Positions 41,170 to 52,477 of a stretch of 64,000 nt of DNA are shown piece after piece; positions within the stretch are counted from its first letter, which is position 1; each line of letters opens with the position of its first letter. Source of the DNA: an uncultured beta proteobacterium (GTDB lineage Bacteria > Pseudomonadota > Gammaproteobacteria > Burkholderiales > SG8-39); NCBI GenBank assembly GCA_963743805.1, contig CAVUQY010000006.1, positions 36,183 to 100,182 of the forward strand. Reading direction: 5' to 3'. The translations under genes were made by a program, and so were the position numbers. Below the pieces are notes generated by a model. It saw only the letters and a program-made list of their open reading frames with translations. It was not told the DNA's origin and ran no database searches.

Positions 41170-42428
41170 ATGGCGGATGCCAAAGAGCGTCAAGTTCGGC
41201 GTCCACTCGGAGGTCGGCCAGCTGCGCAAGGTGATGGTCTGCGCGCCGGGCCGCGCGCACCAGCGCCTCACGCCGATCAACTGCGATGCAGCTGCTGTTC
41301 GACGACGTGCTGTGGGTCGAGAACGCCAAGCGCGACCACTTCGACTTCATGCACCAAGATGCGCGACCGCGGCGTCGACGTGGTCGAGATGCACAACCTG
41401 CTGGCCGAGACCGTGGCGGTGCCCGAAGGCAAGAAATGGATCCTCGACAACCAGGTCGTGCCCAATCAGGTGGGACTGGGCTTCGTCGACGAGCTGCAGA
41501 GCTACCTCGCCGGGCTGGACAACCGCAACCTCGCCGAGACGCTGATCGGCGGGCTGTCGACCCACGACTTTCCGGAAGCGACCGGCGGCGAGGCGCTCAA
41601 GATCGTCAAGGAGGCCGCGGGCGCCACCGAATACCTGCTGCCGCCGCTGCCGAACACGCTCTACACGCGCGACACCACCTGCTGGATCTACGGCGGCGTG
41701 ACGCTCAACGCCGCTGTACTGGCCGGCGCGGCACGAGGAAACGATCCTGACCACGGCGATCTACAAGTTCCATCCCGACTTCGCCGGCAAGGTCAACGTC
41801 TGGTGGGGCGACCCGACCCAGGACCACGGCCTCGCCACGCTCGAGGGCGGCGACGTCATGCCGATCGGCAAGGGCATCGTGCTCATCGGCATGAGCGAGC
41901 GCACTTCGCGCCAGGCGCATCAGCCAGCTCGCGGCGACGCTGTTCGCGAAGAAGGCGGCCGAGCGCGTGATCGTGGCGGCGATGCCGAAGATCCGCGCGG
42001 CGATGCACCTCGACACCGTCTTCACGTTCGCCGACCGCGACTGCGTCCTGCTCGCGCCGGACTTCATGAACCAGACCCGCACCTTCTCGTACCGCCCGAG
42101 CAGCCATCCGAGCGGCGTCGAGCTGCACGCGGAGAACAAGCCGTTCGTCGACGTGGTGAAGGAGGCGCTCGGGCTGAAGAAGATGCGCGTCGTCGAGACC
42201 GGCGGCAGCGACTACCAGCGCGAGCGCACGCAGTGGGACAGCGGCGCCAACCTGGTGTGCGCCTCGCCGGGCGTGGTCTACGCCTACGACCGCAACACCT
42301 ACACGAACACGCTGCTGCGCAAGGAAGGCATCGAGGTGATCACCATCGTCGGCGCCGAGCTCGGCCGCGGGCGCGGCGGCGGGCACTGCATGACCTGCCC
42401 GATCATCCGGGACGCGGTGGACTTCTAG
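41170..42428 (+). pseudogene. arcA: arginine deiminase ArcA, about 5-6 frame breaks
   Basis: [77 protein letters not shown] and [17 protein letters not shown] are spread over ORFs 41177.., 41286.., 40876.., 41858.. and 41967..42428. Confidence 0.9.
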
Positions 42429-42494
42429 ATCGATCTGCCCTAGGACGCAACGTCGCCGCCCGCGCCGCCGCGGGCGGCGTCCGTTTGAGCCCCA

Positions 42495-43999
42495 ATGATC
42501 CGACCCGACACGCCGCAGCCGCTGACGCTCACCGAGGCGGTCATTCCCGTCGCCGCGCTGATCCTGCTGGTGGCGCTGTCCTACTTCCTCTTCGGCGACA
42601 AGGGCGCGGGCGGGCCGAACCAGGTGGCGCTCGTCGTCGCCACGATGATCGCGGTCTTCATCGCGTGGCGCCGCGGGCACAAGCTCGCCGACCTCCAGGC
42701 GGCGGCGGTCGCGAGCGTCGGCTCCGGCATCGGCGCGATCTTCATCCTGCTCGCGGTGGGATCGCTGATCGGCGCCTGGGCGATGAGCGGCACGCTCATC
42801 GCGATGGTCTACTACGGGCTGCAGCTCCTCAGCCCCAACTATTTCTACGTGACCGCGACGGTGATCTGCGCCGTGATCGCGGCGAGCATCGGCAGCTCGT
42901 GGACGGTCGTCGGCACGATCGGCATCGGGCTGATGGGCATCGCGCTGAACATGGACCTGAATCCGGGGATCGCCGCCGCCGCGATCATCTCCGGCGCCTA
43001 CTTCGGCGACACGACCTCGCCGCTCTCCGACTCGAGCAATCTCGCCGCCGCCGCGGCCGGCGTCGACCTGTACCAGCACGTCCGCGAGACCGCGCTCACC
43101 TCCAGCGTCGCCCTCGCGCTCTCGCTCGTCGTCTTCTGGCTCCTCGGCCGGCCGGGCGACTTCGACGCCGTCGAGAAAGCCCAGGCGATCCAGACGTTCT
43201 TCCAGCCGTCGCTCGTGCTGTTCCTGCCGCTCGTCGTCGTCATCGTGCTCGCGGTGCTCAAGTTCCCGCCGTTCACCGCGATCTTCATCGGCGCGCTCGT
43301 CGGCGGCGTGCTGGCGGTCGTTCGTCGCGCCCGAGCGCGTCGCGCGGTTCGCGGACGCGGGCGACGGCCTGCCGGGCTGGCTGCTCCAGATCAAAGGGGT
43401 CTGGCTCGCGCTCGCGAGCGGCTACGTCTCGACCACCGGTCACCCGGCGATCGACCAGCTCGTCACCCGGGGCGGCATGGCGAGCATGCTGAACACGATC
43501 TGGCTGATCATCACCGCGCTCGCCTTCGGCGGCGTCGTGGAGAAGGCGGGCGTGCTCGACCGCCTGATCACGCCGGTGATCGACGCGGCGAAGTCGGCCG
43601 GCGCCCTGGTGGCGTCGCTGGTGGCGGCGGTGCTCGGCACCAACATCGTCACCGCCGACCAGTACATCGCGATCGTCCTGCCGGGACGGATGTTCAAGAA
43701 CGCATTCGAAAAGCGCGGGTTCGCCCCGGTGGTGCTGTCGCGCACGGTCGGCGCGTCGGCGACGCCGACTTCCGCGCTGATCCCGTGGAACAGCTGCGGC
43801 GCCTACATGGCCGCGACGCTCGGGCGTCGCCACGTGGAGCTACCTGCCGTACGCGGTGTTCAACTTTGCGAGCCCGCTTCTCGCCATCGCGGTCGCCTAC
43901 CTCGGCATCCGGATGCTGCGCACCCCAGCGGGACTCGCGGGCGACGCAGCATCAGCGATTCCTGTTGCGCCGCAGCAACGTAATCTGGACAATTCCTGA
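42495..43999 (+). CDS. nhaC: NhaC-family Na+/H+ antiporter, frame breaks near 43320 and 43825
   Basis: ORF 42495..44138 (first 275 aa) plus ORF 43477..43983 ([25 protein letters not shown]...[15 protein letters not shown]) plus the tail ...[16 protein letters not shown]..., with TGA near 43997. Confidence 0.8.
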
Positions 44000-44023
44000 C
44001 CCCGACAGCAAGGCCAGTCCCAC

Positions 44024-45111
44024 ATGCTCCGCATCCGCACCGCCGGTCCTCTCGCGCTCGCCGCGCTCACGCTCCTCGCCGCCTGCCGCCCCGCCCCCGA
44101 AGCGCCGCCGCCCGAGGTCCGGCCGGTGCGCACGATGACGGTGATGAAGCTCGCCGCCGGCCAGACGGTGTCGCTCACCGGCACGGTGCAGGCGCAGACC
44201 GAGGTCAACTACGCGTTCCGCATCGACGGGCGGATGATCGACCGCCCGGTCCGCGTCGGCGATGCGATCCGGCCGGGCCAGCTGCTCGCCCGCCTCGACG
44301 CCTCGAACGAGGAAGCCTGCGCTCGCCTCCGCGCGGGCGCAGCTCGCCTCCGCGCAGGCGCAGGCGGTGGAGCAGCGGAACAACCTCAACCGGCAGCGGG
44401 AGCTGCTCGACCAGCGCTTCATCTCGCAGGCCGCGTTCGACCAGTTCTCGGCCAACCGCGCAGAGCGCCGAGGCCGCGGTGATTTCCGCGCGGTCGCAGG
44501 TCGACCTCGCGCAGAACCGCGTCAGCTACACGCGCCTCGTCGCCGACGCGCCCGGCACCGTCGCCGCGGTGGGCGCCGAGCCCGGCGAGGTCGTGCCGGC
44601 CGGCCGCATGGTCGTGCAGGCCGCGCGCAAGGCAGGCCGCGACGCGGTGTTCGACGTGCCCGGCGCAGGTCAAGGACCGGGCGCCCGTCCAACCCGGAGA
44701 TCACGGTGGCGCTCACCACCGATCGCGAACGTCACCGCGAAGGGCCGCGTCCGCGAGGTCTCGCCGCGCGCCGACCCGGTGACCGGCACGTTCAAGGTGC
44801 GCATCGGCCTGATCGACCCGCCCGCCGGCCTGCGGCTCGGCTCGACGGTGACCGGCACGATGCGGATGGAGACCGCCGCGGCGATCGAGATCCCGGGCTC
44901 CGCCCTGGTCCGCGCCGGCGCGCAGTCGTCGGTGTGGATCGTCGATCCCAAGACCCAGACCGTCTCGCAGCGGCCGATCCGCGTCGCGAGCCACGACGCG
45001 GACCGGGTCGTCGTCGCCGAGGGCCTCGAGGCGGGCGACGTCGTCGTGACCGCCGGCGTCCAGGCGCTCCATCCCGGCCAGAAGGTGCGCCTGCTCGGAG
45101 CCGCGAAGTGA
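44024..45111 (+). pseudogene. RND efflux periplasmic adaptor (membrane-fusion protein), about 4 frame breaks
   Basis: The lipobox is ALAALTLLAAC. The pieces lie in ORFs 44024.., 44262.. and 44479..45111 (...VTGTFKVRIGLIDPPAGLRLGSTVTG...VTAGVQALHPGQKVRL). Confidence 0.8.
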
Positions 45112-48100
45112 TCGGTCCGAACCTGTCGGAATGGGCGATCAGGCGCCGGTCGCTGGTCGTCTTCTTCATGATCGTGGCGGTCGTCGCCGGGACGATGTCG
45201 TTCAAGCGGTCTCGGCCGCGCCGAGGATCCGCCGTTCACGATCCGCACGATGGTCGTGTCCGCCGCGTGGCCGGGCGCGACCCTCGAGGACACGCTCTCG
45301 CAGGTCACCGAGCGCATCGAGCGCAAGCTCCAGGAGACGCGCAATCTCGACCGCGTCCGCAGCTACACCACGGCGGGCATCACCATCATGTTCGTGGAGC
45401 TGCTGCAGTCCACGCGCGCGCCCGAGATGCCGCCGACATCTGGCAGCAGGTGCGCAACAACATCGGCGACATCCGCGGCACGCTGCCGCAGGGCGTGATC
45501 GGCCCGGGCTTCAACGACGACTTCGGCGACACCTACGGCATCATCTACGGCTTCACCGCCGACGGCTTCGGCCAGCGGGAGCTGCGCGACTACGTCGAGG
45601 ACGCGCGCTCGCGGCTGCTCGCCGGTGCCCGACGTGTCGAAGATCGAGATCCTCGGCGCCCAGGACGAGCGCGTCTACCTCGAGTTCTCCACCGCACGGC
45701 TCGCCGGCCTCGGGCTGTCGTATGCGCGCTCGTGCAGCAGCTGCAGGCGCAGAACATGGTGCGGCCCGACCGGCGTGCTGCAGACCGGCGACGAGCGCAT
45801 CTTCCTGCGCGTGTCCGGCGCGTTCGAGACCGAAGAGGACATCGAAGAAGGTCAACTTCCGCGTCGGCGATCGCCTCGTGCCCGCTGCGCGACATCGCCA
45901 CCAGTCCGCCGCGGCTACTCCGACCCGCCGCAGCCGCTGTTCCCGTGAACGGCAAGCCGGCGATCGGGCTCGCGATCGCGATGCGCGACGGCGGCGACAT
46001 CCTCGCGCTGGGCAAGAACCTCAAGGCCGAGATGGCGGACATCCGCGCGGGCCTCCCGATCGGCATCGAGCCCCATCCTGGTCTCCGACCAGGCGGTCGT
46101 CGTCGATGTCGCCATCAACGATTTCATGACCTCGCTGTGGCAGGCGATCGCTCATCATCCTCGGCGCGAGCTTCGTCAGCCTCGGCGTGCGACCCGGCAT
46201 GGTGGTGGCGATCGCCATTCCGCTCACGCTCGCCGTCGTCTTCGCGGTGATGCAGATCGTCGACATCGACCTGCACCGCATCTCGCTCGGCGCGCTCATC
46301 ATCGCGCTCACGCTGCTCGTAGACGACGCGATGACCACGGTGGACGCGATCCTGCGGCGCCTCGCCGCCGGCGACACCAAGGAGCAGGCCGGCGACCTTC
46401 GCGTACCGGACCCTCGCCGCGCCGATGCTCGCCGGCACGCTGATCACCATCGCGAGCTTCGTGCCGATCGGTTTTGCGCGCAGCTCCGCGGGCGAGTACA
46501 CGTTCTCGATCTTCGCCGTCGTCGCGATCGCGCTGATCACCTCCTGGCTGGTGGCGGTGATCTTCGCGCCGGTCATCGGGATCGCCATCCTCAAGGCCCC
46601 CAAGGGCGGCGCCGCGGAGCAGAAGCCGGGCAAGCTCGAGCGCGGCTACAAGCGCTTCCTCGAATTCGCCATGCGCGCGAAGTGGCTGACCATCGCGCTC
46701 TCGCTCGCGGTGTTCGCGGTCGCGGTGTACGCGGTGCGCTTCGTGCCGTCGCAGTTCTTCCCCTCCTCGGACCGGCCGGAGCTGGTCGTCGACCTGACCC
46801 TGCGCCAGAACGCTTCGATCTTCGCGACCGAGGCGGTGGCGAAGCGGTTCGACGCGGCGCTCGCCAAGGATCCCGACGTCGAGAGCTGGAGCACCTACGT
46901 GGGCCGCGGCGCGATCCGCTTCTACCTGCCGCTCAACGTGCAGCTCGCGAACGACTTCTTCGGCCAGGCGGTCGTGGTGGCGAAGAGCTTCGAGGCGCGC
47001 CAGCGTCTGGAGGCGAGGCTCGAGAAGCTGCTCGCCGAGGAGTTTCCCGAGGTCGTGTCGGGCATCTGGCCGCTCGAGCTCGGACCGCCGGTGGGCTGGC
47101 CCGTGCAGTACCGGGTGAGCGGCCCCGACAAGGACGAGGTCGCGCGCATCGCGCAGCAGGTGGCGCAGACCATGGCGTCCACGCCGGACGCGCAGCGCAT
47201 CAACTTCGACTGGATGGAGCCGGCGCGGCAGCTCCGCGTCAAGGTGGACCAGGACCAGGCGCGCCAGCTCGGCGTCTCCTCGGCGGCGATCGGCGGCGTG
47301 CTCAACGCGTCGATCACCGGGACGACGGTCACGCAGATCCGCGACGACATCTATCTCGTGAACGTCGTCGCCCGCGCCGTCGGCGAGGAGCGCGCCGAGA
47401 TCGACACGCTGCGGTCGCTGCAGGTGCCGATACCGAGCGGGCGCACCGTGCCGCTCAGCCAGTTCGCCACCTTCGACTACGAGCAGGAGTACCCGCTCGT
47501 CTGGCGCCGCAACCGCGTGCCGACGCTCACCGTCCGCGCCGACGTCGCGCCCGGCGCGCTGCCCGACACGGTGGTGGCGCAGCTCGAGCCGAAGATCGAG
47601 GCGCTGGCGGCGAAGCTTCCCAAGGGCTACCGCATCGAGCTCGGCGGCATCGCCGAGGAGAGCGCGGTGTCCCAGGCGTCGGTGTTCGCCGTCATCCCGC
47701 TCATGCTGGGCCTGATGCTCACCGTGCTCATGTTCCAGCTGCAGAGCTTCCGCCGCGTCGGCATCGTCCTCGCGGTGCTGCCGCTCGCGCTGATCGGTGT
47801 CGTGCTCGCGCTGCTCGTCTTCAACCGCCCGCTCGGCTTCGTGGCGATCCTCGGCATCCTGGCGCTGATCGGCATGGTGGCGAAGAATGCGGTCATCCTC
47901 GTCGTGCAGATCGAGACCGATCGCGCCGAGGGCAAGAGCGTATGGGACGCGGTGGTCGCGGCGGCAAGCTCGCGCATGCGCCCGCTCTCCCTCGCCGCGC
48001 TCTCCACCGTGCTCGGCCTCATCCCGATCGCGCCCACGGTCTTCTGGGGACCGATGGCGTTCGCCATCATGGGCGGACTGATGGTCGCGACGCTGCTCAC

Positions 48101-48194
48101 GCTCGTGTTCCTGCCGACGCTCTACGTCACGGTGTTCGGCGCCCGACCGGACGATGCACCCCCTGCGCGATCGGCTGCGCCTGCAGCGACCTGA
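45108..48194 (+). pseudogene. RND efflux permease (AcrB/HAE family). About 12 frame breaks lie in the first 1.3 kb and none in the last 1.8 kb.
   Basis: VIGPNLSEWAIRRRSLVVFFMIVAVVAG... was stitched across all three frames up to about 46400, followed by the uninterrupted ORF 46425..48194 (589 aa). The GTG start overlaps the adaptor stop (GTGA). Confidence 0.9.
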
Positions 48195-48238
48195 GCCCCG
48201 CGCAAACCGCATACCCAACCCCACCGGAGATCCCGCTC

Positions 48239-49144
48239 GTGAAGCCGATCGCAATTCGCCGCCTGTCGCGGCTCCTCGTCGCCCTCGCCCTCGGCGTGGG
48301 CGCAGCTCAGGCGCAGGAGTCCGGCTGGCGGCCGTTCGTCTCCATCACGCCCGCGTACGAGGGCAAGGGCGATCTCGACCAGGGCGGGGATTTCAGCGTT
48401 TCGCGCGCAGTCGTGCGCGGCGGCGTGACCGGGCAGGCCGCGCCCGGCGTGCGCGCGGGCGTCACGCTCAACTACGACTACCACGACTACTCGTTCTCGA
48501 ATCCGGCCGCCTTCGGCGGCGTGGCGCCGTGGAACATCGTGCAGCGCTACGGCGTCGCGGTGCCGCTCTCGTTCGAGGTGCGCGACGGCTGGAGCGTCGG
48601 CGTCGCACCGTCGGTCGACTGGTTCCGCGAGAACGGCGCCGACACCGGCGATTCGCTCTCGTGGGGCGCCATCGTATCGGCGACGAAGCGCTTCGCCGAC
48701 GGCAACCGGCTCGGCTTCGGCGTCGGCGTGTTCGACCGCATCGAGGAGACGAGCGCGTTCCCGTTCCTGATCGTCGACTGGCGCCTGAGCGACCGCTGGC
48801 GCCTCGTCAACCCGCTCGCCGCGGGACCGGCGGGCGGCGCCGGGCTCGAGCTCGACTACCTGCTCGGCGGCGGGTGGGAGATCGGCGTCGGCGGCGCGTT
48901 CCGCACCCTGCGCTTCCGCCTCAGCGAAAGCGGTCCGGTGCCGGACGGCATCGGCGAGGAGCGCGGCGTGCCGCTGTTCGTGCGCGTCACGCGCGATTTC
49001 GGGCGCCAGTTCGCGCTCCATCTCTGGGCGGGCGCGGTCGTGGCGGGCGAGTTCCGGGTGGACGATTCCTCCGGCAACCGGCTGCGGTCGGAGGACTTCG
49101 ACCCGGCGCCGTTCTTCGCCGCGACGTTCATCGCGCGCTTCTAG
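48239..49144 (+). CDS. putative outer-membrane beta-barrel protein (family not recognised)
   Basis: The tail of ORF 46187..49144 from GTG 48239. The signal peptide is LLVALALGVGAAQA. It has an alternating beta-strand pattern and ends ...AATFIARF with a terminal Phe. It is intact. Confidence 0.5.
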   Translation: MKPIAIRRLSRLLVALALGVGAAQAQESGWRPFVSITPAYEGKGDLDQGGDFSVSRAVVRGGVTGQAAPGVRAGVTLNYDYHDYSFSNPAAFGGVAPWNIVQRYGVAVPLSFEVRDGWSVGVAPSVDWFRENGADTGDSLSWGAIVSATKRFADGNRLGFGVGVFDRIEETSAFPFLIVDWRLSDRWRLVNPLAAGPAGGAGLELDYLLGGGWEIGVGGAFRTLRFRLSESGPVPDGIGEERGVPLFVRVTRDFGRQFALHLWAGAVVAGEFRVDDSSGNRLRSEDFDPAPFFAATFIARF

Positions 49145-49153
49145 CGCGTGCCG

Positions 49154-49870
49154 CTACCCGAGCAGGCCGTCGCCTGCGCCGATCCGGTAGACGATGTAGC
49201 AGCCGAGCAGGAGGGTCGCGAGACCGACCGCTGCGGACAGTCCGTCGTGGGTCTGCTTCAGGCGACGCGACGTGAGCCGCAGTGGCACGGCGATGGCGGC
49301 CGACAGCAGGGCCATGCCGAGGATCGAGCCGAGCCCGAAGATCGCGATGTAGACGAATCCCCGGGCGGGCGAGCTCATCGCCTCGAGGCTGAGCAGGACC
49401 AGCGCCGCGGAGCCCGCCATGCCGTGCACCATGCCGACGAGCAGGGCGCGGGCCGGGAAGCCGTGCGGGTGCTCGTGACGCGCCGGATCGTGCGGCGCGC
49501 CCTCGCCCCGGTGCGAATGGGCGTGGAAATGCGCGACGCCGCCCGTGTGGTGATGGGCGTGGAAGTGGATGCGCTCGCGCCGCAGCCGGTAGAGCGCCTC
49601 CGCGCCGAGCAGCACGAGCATGACGCCCACCGCCAGCTCGAGCGCCTGCGCCGCCTGCGCGGGGACCACCAGTCCGAGCACCAGCACCGCGCCGCCGAAG
49701 AGCATCAGCGTGAGCGTATGGCCGGTTCCCCAGGCCACCCCCTGCAGCACGGTGTGGCCGAGCGACCGGCTGCGCGTCGCGAGCGTGGCGACGGCCGCGA
49801 GATGGTCCGCGTCGGTGGCATGTCGCATGCCGAGCAGGAAGCCGAGCGCGAGGACCGAGGCGAGCGTCAT
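49154..49870 (-). CDS. nickel/cobalt transporter with an HX4DH signature (NiCoT/NicO-type, UreH-like membrane protein)
   Basis: MTLASVLALGFLLGMRHATDADHLAAV... has a His-rich loop, HFHAHHHTGGVAHFHAHSH. It is an intact segment of ORF 49154..50821. Its start overlaps the urea transporter stop. Confidence 0.7.
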   Translation of the reverse strand: MTLASVLALGFLLGMRHATDADHLAAVATLATRSRSLGHTVLQGVAWGTGHTLTLMLFGGAVLVLGLVVPAQAAQALELAVGVMLVLLGAEALYRLRRERIHFHAHHHTGGVAHFHAHSHRGEGAPHDPARHEHPHGFPARALLVGMVHGMAGSAALVLLSLEAMSSPARGFVYIAIFGLGSILGMALLSAAIAVPLRLTSRRLKQTHDGLSAAVGLATLLLGCYIVYRIGAGDGLLG

Positions 49871-50838
49871 TCGAAGTGCTGGCGCGGCAGCAGGAAGAGC
49901 CAGGACGCGAGGACGAAGGGCGCGGTCAGCGTGGGAATGCCGAACGGCGTCAGCGCGACGTTCATCGCGCCCTGGACGACGACGGTGAACACCGTGCCCA
50001 CCAGCGCGTAGACCGCGACGCGCGCGCCCGGCTTGTAGAAGACCGCGCCGAGCGCGATCGCGGTCAGCACCGGGCTGAAGCCCATCAGGCCGCCGGTGAT
50101 GAGATCGCTCTCGGCGCCGAGGACGTGCGCGGTGACCACCGCGACGATCGCGCCGGCGAGGGCGAACGCCGCGGCGGCGAACGAGTTCACCGCCAGCCCG
50201 ACGAGGAGCAGCAGCGCGGCGAGGATGCTCGCCTTCAGGAACACCTGCGTGATGCTCTTCAGGACCCCCTGGACGAAGTCGCCGAACGCGAGCGGGTTCG
50301 CCGCGGCCGGATCGATCGGCACGATCTCGGCGGCCATCGGCAGCCCGCTGCCCTCGATCGCGGAGAACACGTAGGTGGCGAGCAGGAACAGCCACGCCGT
50401 GAGGACGAACGGCGCGGTGAGCGCGGCGACGCCCCAGGTCTTGAACACGTTCGCGGTCCCGAGCGTGGCGACCACCGACACCGCGCCGCCGAGCACGACG
50501 TAGACCCACCAGAGCGGCGAGACCGCGAGGAACGTGCCGAACGAGAGCCCGACGAGGTAGGCGTTGTAGCCGTACAGCCCGGCGCCGAGGTCGGCCGCCT
50601 CGACGCGCAGCCACTGCGCCGTGAGCGTCGCCGCGACGACGGCCACCAGCCCGCCGATCGCCACCTGCGGCATGCCGGCCTCGTACGACCCCCAGCCGAT
50701 GGCGACGAAGAAGAGGAGCCCCGAGAGCGGGTTGTCCTTGAACATCACCTGCCCGATGCCGCGCAGGTTGTAGTCGACGAAGCGCAGAACCTTCGACGCA
50801 GCGCAGCAGCCTTCCCACCACGTCAGCAATGCCTTCAT
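49867..50838 (-). CDS. urea transporter (UT family)
   Basis: MKALLTWWEGCCAASKVLRFVDYNLRGIGQVMFKDNPLSGLLFFVAIGW...LTAPFVL (twice). This internal duplication is typical of UT proteins. It is intact. Confidence 0.85.
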   Translation of the reverse strand: MKALLTWWEGCCAASKVLRFVDYNLRGIGQVMFKDNPLSGLLFFVAIGWGSYEAGMPQVAIGGLVAVVAATLTAQWLRVEAADLGAGLYGYNAYLVGLSFGTFLAVSPLWWVYVVLGGAVSVVATLGTANVFKTWGVAALTAPFVLTAWLFLLATYVFSAIEGSGLPMAAEIVPIDPAAANPLAFGDFVQGVLKSITQVFLKASILAALLLLVGLAVNSFAAAAFALAGAIVAVVTAHVLGAESDLITGGLMGFSPVLTAIALGAVFYKPGARVAVYALVGTVFTVVVQGAMNVALTPFGIPTLTAPFVLASWLFLLPRQHFE

Positions 50839-50852
50839 CGTCGCCTCCCGGA

Positions 50853-51818
50853 TCAGCGCCAGAAGAAGGGCGGCGGTAGCGCCGTCCCGGTGATCTCTTC
50901 GCGCGCGATGCCCCAGAACTCGCGCACCTTCGCCTTGACCTGCGCGGTCTCGCGGCCGAGCACCTTGAAGATCAGGCCGGCGTCGTTCGGCAGGCGGCAC
51001 GCGCCGAAGGCCACGCCGTTCGCCAGGTCGACGTCGGCGTCGACCCGCGCGTGGACGCGATCGGCGCCGTCCTTCGGCGTGAGCAGGATCACGTTCGCCG
51101 AAAACGTCGAACGAATCCATCACGCCGGTCTGCCGCACCGGGCGCCGCGCCGGGTCGATCACGAGCTTCTCGGTGAAGAGCGCCCGCCCGTCGGGGCGCT
51201 CGGCGCCGACCGCGAGCGAGAGCAGGGTCGCACCGAAGCACTCGTCCGGATGGTGGTGCTTGCGTCCCGGCTGGACGATCTCCGCGTAGAGGAGCGTCGC
51301 GGTCGGCGCGATCGAGATGCGCGTGTCGGAGAGGAAGCGGGCGCGCCGATGCGGGATCAGCGGCTCGGGAAGGAACTCGAGGTAGGCGCCGTCGGCGAGC
51401 GCGATCGACTGCGTCTGCACCGCGTAGTTGGCGTCCATCGAGTGCACCTTGGTCGCCGACTGGGTGGTGACGTGCGCCCGCGCGCGCGGCGCCAGCGCGA
51501 TCTCGAGCGCGAGCCGGTCGCCCTGCAGCACGCAGCCCGGACGTCGTGATCATGAACAGCCAGGCGAGGTCGGGCATCGCCGGGTCCGGGTACAGCACGC
51601 GCTGCGCCATGTAGGGCGCGCGGCGGTCGAGGTCGGCGAGGATCGTCGTGTCGCCGCGCCGCTCGAAGCCGAGCTTCAGGAACCCGGTCTTGCCGACCGC
51701 GCCGCTCGCCATCTGCGGCGGCTCGTCCTGGAACGCCGCGAGTCTCCGCGGCCGTCAGCCCGAGCGTCTCGGCCGCCGCCCAGGGGGCGAGGATCGGCGC
51801 GCGCTCGGTGACGCCCAT
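50853..51818 (-). CDS. ureD: urease accessory protein UreD (UreH), frame breaks near 51740, 51540 and 51095
   Basis: Stitched from ORFs 51357..51818, 51089..51712, 49867..51531 (first part) and 50853..51092. The ATG lies 1 nt after the ureG TAG. Confidence 0.8.
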
Positions 51819-51819
51819 G

Positions 51820-52464
51820 CTAGGCCGGCTGCCGCGCCGGCAGCTTCAGGTCGAACAGCAGGTCGCTGCGGATCAGCTCGACGAGCGCGGGGATGCCCTC
51901 GCCGGTCTTGCAGTTCGTGAACAGGAACGGCTTGTCGCCGCGCATCAGGCGCGAGTCGTGCTCCATCACGTCGAGGCTCGCGCCCACGTGCGGCGCGAGG
52001 TCGGTCTTGTTGATGACGAGGATGTCCGACTGCGTGATGCCGGGGCCGTTCTTGCGCGGGATCTTGTCGCCGGCGGCGACGTCGATGACGTAGATGAAGA
52101 AGTCGACCAGCGCCGGGGAGAAGGTCAGCGTCAGGTTGTCGCCGCCGCTCTCGATCAGCACCAGGTCGCCGTCGGGGAAGCGCGCCTCCATGTCCTCGAC
52201 CGCGGCGAGGTTCATGCTCGGGTCCTCGCGCACCGCGGTGTGCGGGCAGGCGCCGGTCTCCACGCCGAGGATGCGCTCCTCGAGCAGGATGCCCTTGAGC
52301 GTCCGCTGGACGTGCTTGGCGTCCTCGGTCGTCACCACGTCGTTGGTGATGATCAGCACCTTGATGCCCATCTCGAGGAGGCGCGGCGTGATCGCCTCGA
52401 CGATCGCGGTCTTGCCCGACCCGACCGGGCCGCCGACGCCGATGCGCGTGATCTTCTTCGCCAA
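51820..52464 (-). CDS. ureG: urease accessory GTPase UreG
   Basis: Intact 214 aa ORF. The P-loop is GGPVGSGKT. It also has CPHTA and INKTDL. Confidence 0.95.
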   Translation of the reverse strand: MAKKITRIGVGGPVGSGKTAIVEAITPRLLEMGIKVLIITNDVVTTEDAKHVQRTLKGILLEERILGVETGACPHTAVREDPSMNLAAVEDMEARFPDGDLVLIESGGDNLTLTFSPALVDFFIYVIDVAAGDKIPRKNGPGITQSDILVINKTDLAPHVGASLDVMEHDSRLMRGDKPFLFTNCKTGEGIPALVELIRSDLLFDLKLPARQPA

Positions 52465-52477
52465 GTTTCCGATCCCT

